Shown: positions 1 to 10,149 of the stretch, piece by piece | How positions within the stretch are numbered: the first letter of the stretch is position 1 | Layout of the letters: every line of letters starts with the position of its first letter | Origin: Candidatus Latescibacterota bacterium | Lineage (GTDB): Bacteria > Latescibacterota > UBA2968 > GCA-2709665 | Direction of reading: 5' to 3' | DNA length: 64,000 bases | NCBI GenBank assembly: GCA_965208835.1 | Contig: OZ242358.1 | Coordinates: 3,736,433-3,800,432, forward strand | Position numbers and translations under genes: made by a program | The notes under the pieces: model-generated | Databases searched by the model: none | What the model saw: only the letters and a program-made list of their open reading frames with translations | Told to the model about the DNA's origin: nothing

Positions 1-3000
1 ATCCAATCGCCACACCCTGTTCTCCTGATCTCCCCGTCAGCGTCTGTGCCAGCCTCGAAAGCACGCCACCCGCTTTCGGCCCCATGGTGTACTCGACCCG
101 GTACTGGGTCTGGCCGAACTCATCCCGCTTCAAGTTGTAGATTTCGTAATACACAAATACGTTCTGGCCCGACCCGTATGTTCGAGAGGGCATCGGTACC
201 ACGTTCAACCCATGTTTTCCGAATTTGCCGGCATCGCCGGCGGCATCGCTGACCCTGTATGCCAACTCCAGGTCGCTTACACGGAGACCCTCACGATGGT
301 AGGATTCGACCACGACCTGCTGCCGGTATATTCCCAGCCGACCCGTCATCCTGTCCCTGGCCTTCACTTCCAGCCGGTAGACGCCGGGCGGCACTTCCAG
401 CCTGACCACGTCCGGGAGGACCACGTCCGGTCCCGTTCGATTGCCAGGTTGCTTGTATAACACCTCCGCAGTCTTGCGGTAGACTTTGTCCGATTGGGGC
501 GAAAGCAAAGCCAGCTGCCGGCGCACCGCGACTTGCGTGACGTTATGTTCGGGCAGGTAGTTGGTCACGGCGCACGGTATGCCGTAGTAAATCTCCAACA
601 CACTCTTGCCGTCTCGCCCCTTGAAGTCGGCAAGTGTATAGTAAAAATCAAACTGAGATTCAGCATATTCCGGTGTGTAGGTATCCGGAGTCATTGCAAC
701 CGCCTGCTTGAACACCTGCGCAGGCGAAAAGCGACGAAACTTCGTCACCTGCTCTATACCCAGGTCGGGCGCATCGGGCACCGGCGCAAAATCGAAGATC
801 CGGGAGTTGAACTCATCGGTAAACGTTATCTCTATCCCTCCGTCGATATTCAGATAGACCCACGACTCCCACGGCGTGGAACCGAGGTCGGCCCCTGCGC
901 TCAGAACCGGACTGAAACCCGATCCGGCGAAAATCTCCGTATTGATGCTGGACGGGAGGGGTCCTGTAACCATGCTTGCGAACTCACGCTGTCCGATATC
1001 TCCGCCCTCGCCAATCGTCCCTGCCGTGCTGGAACGCTCCGTATCGTTGCGATCCGACGACGAGCCACCGTCCCGGCTTCCCTCCGACGTCGTCATCTGC
1101 CTCAGATTCGAATCGGAACCATCCGGGTCCCCGCCCGTGAAGGCGTCACGCTCTCCCTCGATGCCCAGATCAGCCGAAGTGCTCTCGAATCCAAGAACAT
1201 CCCGCTCCAGAGCAAAATTGCGTAGGGGAAAGACAGGACCCATAAACGACGCGCCAATGGCCTCGGTGCCATACAGCTGCCTGGCCAGCCGCTCTTTCAC
1301 GCGCAGCACGGGCAAGCTGTGCCGGAAATTCACCTTCCGCGAACTCGTCACGTGGTCCGGATCGCCAAACCGCACATACACCTCGCCTCGACGGTCCCAG
1401 GGCTTCTTGCCATTGGAGAACTCCAGACTGGCATACCAGACCCTGCGGTAATGCTCCAGCAACCGCTCATTTACCGAAGTGCCTATGTCCGGATCCCTTA
1501 CGTTCCAGAAGCTTTCCAGGTAGGCTTCACGGGCAGTGCCTGACGTCCGTTCGTATTCGGCCATTTCCTCCGGCGACGCTATCAGACTGATGTCACTATA
1601 GAGTTCTCGCTGCTCCAGGTCCAGCCTTGAGATGTATGTCGAGAAAAACCCCATCGCCATATCGTATTTGTTGCGCTTCGCGCAGGCCTGCGCCACAATG
1701 GGCATCAGTTCGATTGCATCAGGGTACTCGTGCGTAAACGCCCGAACCTTCTCAAGAATCCGGTCGTAGTCCTTCACTTTCAGGTACGCATGGCCCAGCC
1801 GCCTGCCGACTTTCCGGTCGGCCGGCCTCATCGCGAGAAATCGGGTGTACCAGACAATGGCTTCCTCGTAATCCTCCATAAAGTTGGCGTACCAATCTCC
1901 CATCAGCAGATAGGCATCGGCGTATTCTGGATCCGTTTTCAGCACCCGGTCCAGCTCCGGCTTTACGTCGTGCTCGTTGAGCATATATCTCACGAGCGCG
2001 ATTTTATACTGTGCATCTACAAAGTCCCGATCCCGCATCAACGCCTTTCTGAAATACGTAATGGCCTGGTAGCGCTCGTTGTGGAGTTCCATCAACACGA
2101 GGCCCATACCGTAATAGGGTTCGGGATCATTGCCTGGCAGCGCCGCTGCTTTTCTGAACGCCCATTTCGCACCCCTGTAATATTTGTCCTCCAGGAATGC
2201 ATATCCCAGTTTCAGATGCGCATTCTTATCCCTGGGACGCTGGTGGGCAACGACACGGAGTGGAAAGATCGCCTCGTCCACTTCATTTTTGTCGAGACGC
2301 GTCACACCGAGGTCGAATAGTGAATCGACCCTGGCGCGCGGCATATTCTGCGCCTGCACTGCGTAACCGCCGGGACCGCCCAGAAGATATTGCACCCGCC
2401 CCCGGTGCCAGTAACATGTCAACACGGGGCCGCCGGCATGAACTGCGGGACGGAAAGAATATCCGATGTCAGGCATGTGGGGTTCGTCGGTTGCAGGACA
2501 ATGGAAGAGTTGCTTGAGTTGCGTCAGATCCCGCGCTCTCTCGGATGCGCCCAACCGCCGCTTTTCCAGTTCGACTGACGCCCATGACAGAAGTCCGCTC
2601 AGGTCTGATGTTTCTTCATTGCTGCGCACCGAGTCGAACTCTGAAATCAGATCGCCGACAACAAGCAGGCGTTCCGAGCATACTGCTTCCTTCAGTGTCT
2701 CGTCATTTTTGATTCGGCTCCGAATCGCATCGATGTAGCCCTGGCAGCTTCCTCGGGACAGACCCAGCGGAGCATAGGACCTGCGAATATCCTTGAAACC
2801 GCTGACGGATTCCCGGTAAGCATCCCTGGCGCCGCGGTACTCCCCACGATGCATCGCGTGATGACCACGAACCCACCAGTTCAACGCCTGATGCACCATC
2901 AGCATTGCAGCGTCGATCTCCTTTTCGTGTGTAGGCTGCGGAGGCCTTGCGGCGCCTTTTTCGCGTGAGCTGCGCCACGCCGGCGCTTCGCCACCATCCA

Positions 3001-3595
3001 TTCCAACATGGGACAACTTGCCGTCCACCACGGCGGCAACCGCATCCGCGTCCGCAGACCACCCTAAAGGACCGCGCACGTGTCCGCGCACAAGCAACCT
3101 GGCGCGGCCGAAGTAATCAACGGTCCACAAGCCGTTGCGATCCGTTACGGCCAGCCGAGTCCCATCCGGCGCCACCGCAAAGTCGATCGGGTCCAATTCG
3201 TCGGGCAACGGCCAGAGTGACTCCCCGGATGCCTGAATCCGCCAGATCCGATTGCGTACCAGGGGCAGACGCCGCTGTTTTCGCGCGTCGGACGTCAGCC
3301 TGCCCAGGGGCGTGGTGCCAAACGCGACGTGATCCAACCCCCGCTCCAGATAGACAAGCCCACCGCCCGGCAGGAATCCCACGTCCCCCGGAGGACCCAG
3401 GTAGATTCCAGCACGGGTCGGCGCAGTCCCGTCGGTTCGTCCCTGCCAGATCTGCGTAAACAGGACCATCGGCTTACCGGAAGGGATGAGCCAGACAACC
3501 CGCTCACCGTCACGCGAGTATTTAGCGGGCGGTGCGGCAAGGGCCCCCGAAGCCAGCCCGAGCAAGGCTGCTGCAATTGCAGTGTATTTCAGCAA
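1..3595 (-). CDS. Secreted TPR + GWxTD-like domain protein. The 3' end runs off the left edge, and it is absent from the ORF track because no stop lies in the window.
   Basis: Own minus-strand translation. TTG at 3595 is preceded by GGAGGG and an in-frame stop at 3611-3613. N-terminus LLKYTAIAAALLGLASGALAAP looks like a signal peptide. TPR-like helical repeats span about 1600-2300. Motif KKPWDRRGEVYVRFGDPD (about 1365-1415) matches PWDRRGEVYIRYGAPD in the 10150..12555 paralog. The frame stays open to base 1. Confidence 0.7.
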   Translation of the reverse strand, partial: MLKYTAIAAALLGLASGALAAPPAKYSRDGERVVWLIPSGKPMVLFTQIWQGRTDGTAPTRAGIYLGPPGDVGFLPGGGLVYLERGLDHVAFGTTPLGRLTSDARKQRRLPLVRNRIWRIQASGESLWPLPDELDPIDFAVAPDGTRLAVTDRNGLWTVDYFGRARLLVRGHVRGPLGWSADADAVAAVVDGKLSHVGMDGGEAPAWRSSREKGAARPPQPTHEKEIDAAMLMVHQALNWWVRGHHAMHRGEYRGARDAYRESVSGFKDIRRSYAPLGLSRGSCQGYIDAIRSRIKNDETLKEAVCSERLLVVGDLISEFDSVRSNEETSDLSGLLSWASVELEKRRLGASERARDLTQLKQLFHCPATDEPHMPDIGYSFRPAVHAGGPVLTCYWHRGRVQYLLGGPGGYAVQAQNMPRARVDSLFDLGVTRLDKNEVDEAIFPLRVVAHQRPRDKNAHLKLGYAFLEDKYYRGAKWAFRKAAALPGNDPEPYYGMGLVLMELHNERYQAITYFRKALMRDRDFVDAQYKIALVRYMLNEHDVKPELDRVLKTDPEYADAYLLMGDWYANFMEDYEEAIVWYTRFLAMRPADRKVGRRLGHAYLKVKDYDRILEKVRAFTHEYPDAIELMPIVAQACAKRNKYDMAMGFFSTYISRLDLEQRELYSDISLIASPEEMAEYERTSGTAREAYLESFWNVRDPDIGTSVNERLLEHYRRVWYASLEFSNGKKPWDRRGEVYVRFGDPDHVTSSRKVNFRHSLPVLRVKERLARQLYGTEAIGASFMGPVFPLRNFALERDVLGFESTSADLGIEGERDAFTGGDPDGSDSNLRQMTTSEGSRDGGSSSDRNDTERSSTAGTIGEGGDIGQREFASMVTGPLPSSINTEIFAGSGFSPVLSAGADLGSTPWESWVYLNIDGGIEITFTDEFNSRIFDFAPVPDAPDLGIEQVTKFRRFSPAQVFKQAVAMTPDTYTPEYAESQFDFYYTLADFKGRDGKSVLEIYYGIPCAVTNYLPEHNVTQVAVRRQLALLSPQSDKVYRKTAEVLYKQPGNRTGPDVVLPDVVRLEVPPGVYRLEVKARDRMTGRLGIYRQQVVVESYHREGLRVSDLELAYRVSDAAGDAGKFGKHGLNVVPMPSRTYGSGQNVFVYYEIYNLKRDEFGQTQYRVEYTMGPKAGGVLSRLAQTLTGRSGEQGVAIG

Positions 3596-3674
3596 ACGTC
3601 CCTCCGGAACCTACCGATGTCCGAATAGCGAAGCGGGCGGAACAGCGACAAGGAATGCCATAAAGATACGAAAG

Positions 3675-4901
3675 TTATCCCCTGTCGAACAACCCTTCTG
3701 TTGCAATCACTTCCAATGCCTCGCCCATCGCATGGACGGCGTCGTCAATATCCGCTTCGGTATGCGAGAGATTGGTATAGCAGACCGAATAGATGATGAT
3801 CCCACGCTTAAACAGCTCCTCGTTGAACCTGAGAAACTGCCCGGCCGCGTTCGGATGATCGAATACCAGCTGTCCGACCGGATGGGCTCCCACGAAACGC
3901 GTCGGCAGGCCCAATCTCTCACTGAACTCATTGAAGCCTTCGTGAAGCTGTTCGCCGCGCTTCCACAGCGTTCCGATCACATCTTCGCGTTCGTACACGT
4001 CCAGAACGGCCCGAGCCGCGGCGAGACCCAGCGTATCCCCTCCAAACGTGGACGACACAACGCAATCCTTCACCGTCTCCATTACATCGGCTTTTCCCAC
4101 GAAACATGATAGAGGCACGCCGTTCGACAGGCCCTTTGCAAACACCGCCAGGTCGGGAACCACCCCGAAATACTCCTGCGCACCCGCCCGCCTCAGCCGG
4201 AACCCGGTAACGATCTCATCGAAGATGAGGACGGCACCGTGTTGCTCCGTCAGCACACGCAATTTCCTCAGAAAGGAACGCCCCTGTTCGACTTCCGCAT
4301 ATGCGCAGGCCACGCTTACGGCCGCAATCTCACCCGCAGAAGCTTCGAAAACCTCTGCATACGGCCCAATGTCGCCCCACGGCATCGCGATGTACGTCTT
4401 GCGCGTCGCCTCCGGCACTCCGCCCCGAGCCATCGTGTTGACCCAGCCGTGATACCCGCAGGTCAGGATGAGCTCCCGTTCCGTAAACGCCCTCGCAAGC
4501 CGGTGCGCGGCCGCCATTGCCTCGCCGCCCGTCTTCAGGAATCGGACCCGTTCCGCGCAGGGCAACACTTCGACCAGCCGCTGTGCGACCTCGATTTCCA
4601 ACGGGTGGGGATAGCTGAATATGATACCGCTTTCGAGTTGCTTCCGGACGGCCTCATCCACCTCCGGAAACCGGTACCCCAGGGTGATGGGTCCCAGCCC
4701 GTTCCTGAAATCGATATATTCGTTACCATCGGCGTCCCACACCCGGCATCCATCGCCCCGAACCAGGTAGCAGGGCTCCACTCCTCGAAGCGCCTCTCTC
4801 GGGGCCTTGGAATGGGTCTGCGTGCCCAGGGGGATAACCTTCTGCGCCGCGTCATACAGCTCCCACGAGCGGGCGACCGATCGCTCAACCGCCGTTTCCA
4901 T
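3675..4901 (-). CDS. Class-III (GSA aminomutase-like) PLP-dependent aminotransferase
   Basis: 408-aa ORF with RBS GGAGGT before the ATG. Motifs LKTGGEAMAAAHRLARA, IFDEIVTGFR and the PLP-lysine context DLAVFAKGLSNG are typical of aminotransferase class III / HemL-like enzymes. Confidence 0.8.
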   Translation of the reverse strand: METAVERSVARSWELYDAAQKVIPLGTQTHSKAPREALRGVEPCYLVRGDGCRVWDADGNEYIDFRNGLGPITLGYRFPEVDEAVRKQLESGIIFSYPHPLEIEVAQRLVEVLPCAERVRFLKTGGEAMAAAHRLARAFTERELILTCGYHGWVNTMARGGVPEATRKTYIAMPWGDIGPYAEVFEASAGEIAAVSVACAYAEVEQGRSFLRKLRVLTEQHGAVLIFDEIVTGFRLRRAGAQEYFGVVPDLAVFAKGLSNGVPLSCFVGKADVMETVKDCVVSSTFGGDTLGLAAARAVLDVYEREDVIGTLWKRGEQLHEGFNEFSERLGLPTRFVGAHPVGQLVFDHPNAAGQFLRFNEELFKRGIIIYSVCYTNLSHTEADIDDAVHAMGEALEVIATEGLFDRG

Positions 4902-4981
4902 GATTTACCTCCGGAAGAAATTCATATCCAGGTCTCCAACCCAAGACAATTGAGTCCATCGTTACACCCGCACACGGTGGG

Positions 4982-6949
4982 TCAATACCCGTGGATCGAG
5001 TGCCCGCCGCCCGGAAACCAGATCATATCCACAATCAATGAAACTCCCACGCCCGTGGAATAGCCCACGAGCACGCCCAAAAAGAACGGTACGTAACGAC
5101 GATAGAGCGCCGCCCCGCCGATCCGCAGAATCAGGAATTTGATGGCCCAGGCAAGAAAGACCGAAAACACGGTATAACGCACCGACGTTCCCGTACCGGC
5201 CAGCGCAAAACCGACCGGATGGAAGGGCCACCAGGGAAACCGGTACTTCAGGAACGTCAGCAAAGACATCACCGCGGCGCCGATGCCAAACAGGCTCAAC
5301 TGCAAACGGTGGGGTGGTTCCGGGTTGTTCATCTGGGTCAGCACACGTCCAAAACCGGATTTGCTATACCTCGTGAACGGCCAATCGTTGAAATTATAGG
5401 CCCCGTACGTATATCCCAGATACAACGTAAACACAACCGAGAATATACACCCCAGACCGAAGGCCAGCAGTAGAGCGGCCAGCACACGCCGCCGCCCGTC
5501 GCGGGGGCACGTGTCCGACAGTTTGGCCCCGTGAATGACCGACGGCATGAACAGGCCCTTGCCGTAGGACGCGATGCCGTTCGTGAATCCGAGCGTCGTC
5601 AGACTGGCCCCTGACAGATTCCGCGATCCGAACAGGGACGTGACAAACCGCTGCGGCCCCACGGGCATGCTGATGAAGACCAGACCCACGTCGGATACGA
5701 TGCGCGAAACGCCCAGATAGAGGATGAACGCGGCCAGAACAAACACACACGCCAGGACAAGACTCATTCCGGCCTGCCACCACCAGAAAACGGCGAATAA
5801 AACGCACACGATCAGCCCGAATACCGCCGTCCGGAACGACATCATCTCATCTCTGTCATCCAGGGGCGCGTCCCTTCCGAGCGCCTTCATGAAGACCAGT
5901 CTCAAGTGGTTCCGCGACGTCCAGAAACCCCATCCCACCATCGCAAAAAAGGCACCCAGGGGCACCCACTGAAAGTCGGCGGAGGCGTGGGACCACGAAC
6001 TGGCGTTAATTCCCAGCCGGTTCAGAATCCCGCTGCGAATGATGAACAACAGATCAAAAAACCAGAGACTGAACAACACGTCTATGTTTGCAAAATAGCA
6101 AAAGGAAATCGTGAACATATTGATCCGCGTCCACAGGCCAGGGAAATAACGTTCGAACTTGATCCAGGGACCCCATCGGATATTCGGAATCTGTGGAAAT
6201 CCGGGAATGAAATAGTGGATCATGTTCCAGGCCAGAATACCGAACGCGACTGCAAATCCGATCCAGAAGAGCCGCGGAAAATCCGATGTCTCCGCCCGCT
6301 CGGTAAGTTCGGTAACGGGGCGCAATATAGGGAATGAAATGCGTTCGCTTTCCATCCACTGCTTTCGCAGAATTACCGCGAGGCAGACCGAACCGAAAAA
6401 CAGGGCGGTAATCAGCCCCATCCAGCAAACCACCGGCACCAACCAGACGTCCCACGGAATGGTGTCACCGGGCGGCAATCCTTCGAACAGGTGATTCAAT
6501 GTGCCGCCCGTGTTTCTGGGGGCCAGCCAGTGCGGGATATTTGGATGGAAGTACTCTCCCCACTGATTCTCCGGCGTCGCGAAATAGAACGGCGCCGCGA
6601 TCGCACCCAGGAAATAACCCGTCAGCCCCACGGACGGTATGGCCCCGCCCACAAGACCGCCCGCCAGCACGACCAGCAGTTCCGTTGACGACAACGCATA
6701 TCGACTCGCGAGCAACCGGCACAGCGGATTCAGTCCCAGCGCCAACAGGAGGTAGAGCAGCAGAGTGCCCATCGGAAAGTGACTCAACGTCATCCGCGAC
6801 GCGTGGACGACGTATTCAACGTAGTTCACAACGACGTTCACCCCAACCGCCAGCGCTCCTGCCAGGAAAACGCTGCGCAGCGTCACCGCCTGCGTCTCGA
6901 TGCCACCCTCGATGTCGGCCGATACCGCAACCGTTGAACCCTCTGCCAT
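4982..6949 (-). CDS. Polytopic (12 or more TM) membrane protein of an uncharacterised family ('P1'); possible transporter
   Basis: The ORF track gives 4982..7006. I prefer the ATG at 6949 (MAEGSTV), which is preceded by AGGAAAGG. Many hydrophobic segments. Motifs ILRKQWMESERISFPIL and WPFHPVGFALAG...IKFLILRIGGAALYRRYVPFFLGVLVG. From memory it resembles DUF6784/DUF6785-type proteins (unverified). Paralogous to 42012..44066. Confidence 0.6.
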   Translation of the reverse strand: MAEGSTVAVSADIEGGIETQAVTLRSVFLAGALAVGVNVVVNYVEYVVHASRMTLSHFPMGTLLLYLLLALGLNPLCRLLASRYALSSTELLVVLAGGLVGGAIPSVGLTGYFLGAIAAPFYFATPENQWGEYFHPNIPHWLAPRNTGGTLNHLFEGLPPGDTIPWDVWLVPVVCWMGLITALFFGSVCLAVILRKQWMESERISFPILRPVTELTERAETSDFPRLFWIGFAVAFGILAWNMIHYFIPGFPQIPNIRWGPWIKFERYFPGLWTRINMFTISFCYFANIDVLFSLWFFDLLFIIRSGILNRLGINASSWSHASADFQWVPLGAFFAMVGWGFWTSRNHLRLVFMKALGRDAPLDDRDEMMSFRTAVFGLIVCVLFAVFWWWQAGMSLVLACVFVLAAFILYLGVSRIVSDVGLVFISMPVGPQRFVTSLFGSRNLSGASLTTLGFTNGIASYGKGLFMPSVIHGAKLSDTCPRDGRRRVLAALLLAFGLGCIFSVVFTLYLGYTYGAYNFNDWPFTRYSKSGFGRVLTQMNNPEPPHRLQLSLFGIGAAVMSLLTFLKYRFPWWPFHPVGFALAGTGTSVRYTVFSVFLAWAIKFLILRIGGAALYRRYVPFFLGVLVGYSTGVGVSLIVDMIWFPGGGHSIHGY

Positions 6950-7116
6950 ATTGCCTTTCCTTACATCCTGTGAATCCCACAAACAGCCGCCAGTACTCAC
7001 CTGCATACCGCAATATACAAAACGAAAGCATTAAACACAAAAGCACGGGCCCCAACTATCAAGCCCGGCATTGCCGTCCAATAGCGCATCATCTCCACTT
7101 TCCGACTACAACCCGA

Positions 7117-8730
7117 CTAAACGCCTGCCGCCCACGTGTTTCCACCCGCCCGCACCCTTCCCGCACGCCTGAGGTATTCCGCGCAGTGCGCACCGCCCGC
7201 GATGCCCCCGACCACCTCCAGTTCGTGCCCCATCTCGAGCAATCCATCCCGGATGGCCTTTTCAAGCGTTCTCGTAACCATCACGGGCTCCTCCATCTGG
7301 ACGTGCATCCGCGGACCGGACACGGCCTCGTAAGCAGACGCACCGAAATCCACGATTTTCTGCGCGATTCGGGCGTTCACGCTCACGAGCCGCCTTCCCC
7401 CCGGCAGCCCCGCCGCAACGTCCCGGTCCGGCAGGCGAATCATCAGCGGCGCCGTATTGTTCAGGGGCCGTTTCAGGGGCGCCACCGAATTTCTGCGGCC
7501 GGGCCGCGGATCCAGGCGGCACATTCCGTGCCCCAGGATCAGACCGGTGCCGGGCACGGTAACCAGAGACCCGAATGCGCCGCCCTGCGAGATCGTCACG
7601 GACGCCACGTTGCCTTCCGCGTCCGCGGCGGAAACATGGAGCGTCCCGGTCGTCGAATCTCCCTCGGGCCACGGGGACCGACGATCCACAAATTCCGGAA
7701 ACTGTCGCATCGACTCCACTCGTCCTGCCGCGTAGTCTTTACTTAGAAACCGCTGGACCGGAACGTCCACGTGATCCGGATCGCCCAGGTACAACAGCCG
7801 GTCGCGCCACGCCAGTTTCAGCACTTCGGACAACCGGTGCCAGTACGTTAACGTATCCTCGGGCACGGGCTCGAAGCACTCCAGCATGTTGAGGATCTGC
7901 AGAGCAGTCAACCCGCCGTTCGGCAAAACCGCGGCATAGACGGTCGCGTCGCGGTACGTCGTCTCGTACGGCGCGGAGACACGCGGCTCAAATCCCGCCA
8001 TATCCTCCCTCGTCAGCGCACCGCCGGAACTGTTGACGTGGTCCGCGATCCTCCGGCCGATTTCTCCATCGTAAAAGTCGCGCCACCCCGCCTCGCACGC
8101 ACGCGTCAGGGATTTCTCCATATCCCGCCGGTGCCAGGTGTCGTCCGACGTGGGCAATCGCCCTTGCGGCATCAGGTGCTTCTTTGTTGCAGGAAACCGC
8201 CGAATCACCGGCTCCAGGTTCCGAATCGCCGCCGCCGTGGAACCGAACGGGAATCCGTTCTCCAGCAGTGTCAGGGACGGAGCCACGATATCGGACCACT
8301 TCAAGCGGCCCCATCGCTCCCACAAGACCCCCATCCCCGCCATCATTCCGGGCGGCCCCACGGCGCGGGGTCCGTGGACATTTGCGTTATCCCTCACGGA
8401 GCAGAGATACTCGTTCTCGTTGATCCCCTTCGGACCTTCCCCCAACGGCATCACGTCGTACATCGTCTCACTGGCCGACGCGGGTGCAATGGAGTTGGCA
8501 TCCAGAGACCATACTCTCCCGGTCCGACCGTCGAGCACCAGCGCGCAAAGCACGTAACCCATCACCCCCGTGGACTGCGGCTGCAGCATACAGCAGGCCA
8601 TGCTGGCTGCGGCGGCCGCGTCCATCGCATTCCCGCCCCGGTCCAGCACACGAGCGCCAACGCGAGCCGCCTCCTCCGGCCCGGCGGCAACGGCGCCCCG
8701 GCACGTGAGGACCTCTTTCCCCTCAATCAT
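7117..8730 (-). CDS. ggt: Gamma-glutamyltranspeptidase family Ntn-hydrolase
   Basis: 537 aa with RBS GGGGAGA. N-terminal AVAAGPEEAARVGARVLDRGGNAMDAAAA and the autoprocessing/catalytic Thr context TTGTLHVSAADAEGNVASVTISQGGAFGS are GGT hallmarks. Confidence 0.85.
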   Translation of the reverse strand: MIEGKEVLTCRGAVAAGPEEAARVGARVLDRGGNAMDAAAAASMACCMLQPQSTGVMGYVLCALVLDGRTGRVWSLDANSIAPASASETMYDVMPLGEGPKGINENEYLCSVRDNANVHGPRAVGPPGMMAGMGVLWERWGRLKWSDIVAPSLTLLENGFPFGSTAAAIRNLEPVIRRFPATKKHLMPQGRLPTSDDTWHRRDMEKSLTRACEAGWRDFYDGEIGRRIADHVNSSGGALTREDMAGFEPRVSAPYETTYRDATVYAAVLPNGGLTALQILNMLECFEPVPEDTLTYWHRLSEVLKLAWRDRLLYLGDPDHVDVPVQRFLSKDYAAGRVESMRQFPEFVDRRSPWPEGDSTTGTLHVSAADAEGNVASVTISQGGAFGSLVTVPGTGLILGHGMCRLDPRPGRRNSVAPLKRPLNNTAPLMIRLPDRDVAAGLPGGRRLVSVNARIAQKIVDFGASAYEAVSGPRMHVQMEEPVMVTRTLEKAIRDGLLEMGHELEVVGGIAGGAHCAEYLRRAGRVRAGGNTWAAGV

Positions 8731-8783
8731 TGGATGTCTCCCCTAATGGGCGATCACAAGGGTCGCCCCTAAGCAGCGGCTTT

Positions 8784-10001
8784 CTACACATCCGCGGCGA
8801 CCTTATTGATTGCGGCCGCGATATCACGGATGTCGGATTCTTCCATATGCTCATGGATTCCCCGGACGGCGACGGTTCGCAAACCTGCGACGGCCTGGGG
8901 GGTTGTGTCGGGTCCATAATGGTACTCGCGGTCCGTGACCCCGCAGCTGAATGGACATCCGCTGTTCCCGTACGTGATCTTTTCGGTCAGGTATTTACCA
9001 CGCATGAATATCGGATCTCCGATATAGTGGGCGCCTACCGCGACACCCTCCGCGGACACCGCCCTGCAGAACCGGTCCGGATCGTGGCCGGTCACGTGAA
9101 ATATGTAATTCCACCACGACACCTCCCGGTCCGCGTCCTCGGGCACGGGCTCGATTCCCGGCGCACCCGAAATCAGCTCACATAACAGCCCCCCGAGTTG
9201 GATCCGACGCTCGACGACGGCCCGCACCTTTTCCAGCTGCGCCAGGCCCACGGCACCCTGCATCTCCGTCATGCGATACGTGGGCGCAAGGAAACCGTGG
9301 TCCCGTTCGCCCATGTACTGATAGTCCCAGCCTTTATCGGAAAACAGTTTCAGCCTGACATACGTCTCCTCGCAATTGGTAATGGTCATCCCGCCGTCGC
9401 CGGTCGTCATATGTTTGGACTGTTGCAGGCTGAAACATCCCATGTGTCCGAAGGTGCCAACGTACCGTCCCTTGAATCGGGTGGCATGGGCCTGGCTGCA
9501 ATCCTCGATCAGAATCAGGTCGTGGCGATCAGCAATATCCGCCACCGCGTCCACGTCGCACGGCCTCCCGAAGAGATGGACCAGAATGATGGCACGCGTC
9601 CGGTCCGTAATGACGGCTTCGATAGAGGCGGGCGTCATGTTCAATGTCCTGGGATCCACGTCTGCGAAGACCGGCACCGCGTTCTGCTGCAGAATCGGCA
9701 TCACGCTGCCCGGATCCGTAACGGGTGCGGTGATGATCTCGTCGCCGGGCTCCGGGTTTACGGCCCCCACGGCGAGGTGAATGGCCGCCGATCCGCCAGT
9801 GGAACTCTGGGCGTACCTGACGCCGTAGAAACTGGAAAACGACGTTTCGAATTCCTTTACGTAACGGCCGCTTTTGCCGAACAGATTCTGGCTTCGCAAC
9901 GCATCCAACAACAATTCCTCCTCCCGCTGCCCGAACGGCGCCCGGGCAGGAAACGGTCTGGTCCGTACCTTTCTCCCTCCATCTATCGCCAGTTTTGCCA
10001 T
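8784..10001 (-). CDS. DegT/DnrJ/EryC1/StrS-family PLP aminotransferase
   Basis: The ORF track extends to 10145. The ATG at 10001 (MAKLAIDGG) has GGAGG four nt upstream and matches the family N-terminus. PLP-lysine context FSLQQSKHMTTGDGG, plus AIILVHLFGRPCD. Confidence 0.8.
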   Translation of the reverse strand: MAKLAIDGGRKVRTRPFPARAPFGQREEELLLDALRSQNLFGKSGRYVKEFETSFSSFYGVRYAQSSTGGSAAIHLAVGAVNPEPGDEIITAPVTDPGSVMPILQQNAVPVFADVDPRTLNMTPASIEAVITDRTRAIILVHLFGRPCDVDAVADIADRHDLILIEDCSQAHATRFKGRYVGTFGHMGCFSLQQSKHMTTGDGGMTITNCEETYVRLKLFSDKGWDYQYMGERDHGFLAPTYRMTEMQGAVGLAQLEKVRAVVERRIQLGGLLCELISGAPGIEPVPEDADREVSWWNYIFHVTGHDPDRFCRAVSAEGVAVGAHYIGDPIFMRGKYLTEKITYGNSGCPFSCGVTDREYHYGPDTTPQAVAGLRTVAVRGIHEHMEESDIRDIAAAINKVAADV

Positions 10002-10149
10002 TTTGCCTCCATCAAAAGAAGAATCCAGAAGCCGGCAATCAGAATCCGGAAGGGAAGGCTGATTCTCTTCCATATCCTGACTTTCGACTCCTGGATTTCT
10101 CAATGACGCGCCGCCCGGTCCGCCACCGTTCCGACCCGACTCCACTCAC

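Noticed and set aside
10002-10145. 48-codon N-terminal extension of the DegT-family gene (MESGRNGGGPGG...)
   Set aside because: It has Gly/Ser/Pro-rich composition and no RBS. The internal ATG at 10001 has GGAGG upstream and matches the conserved family N-terminus.
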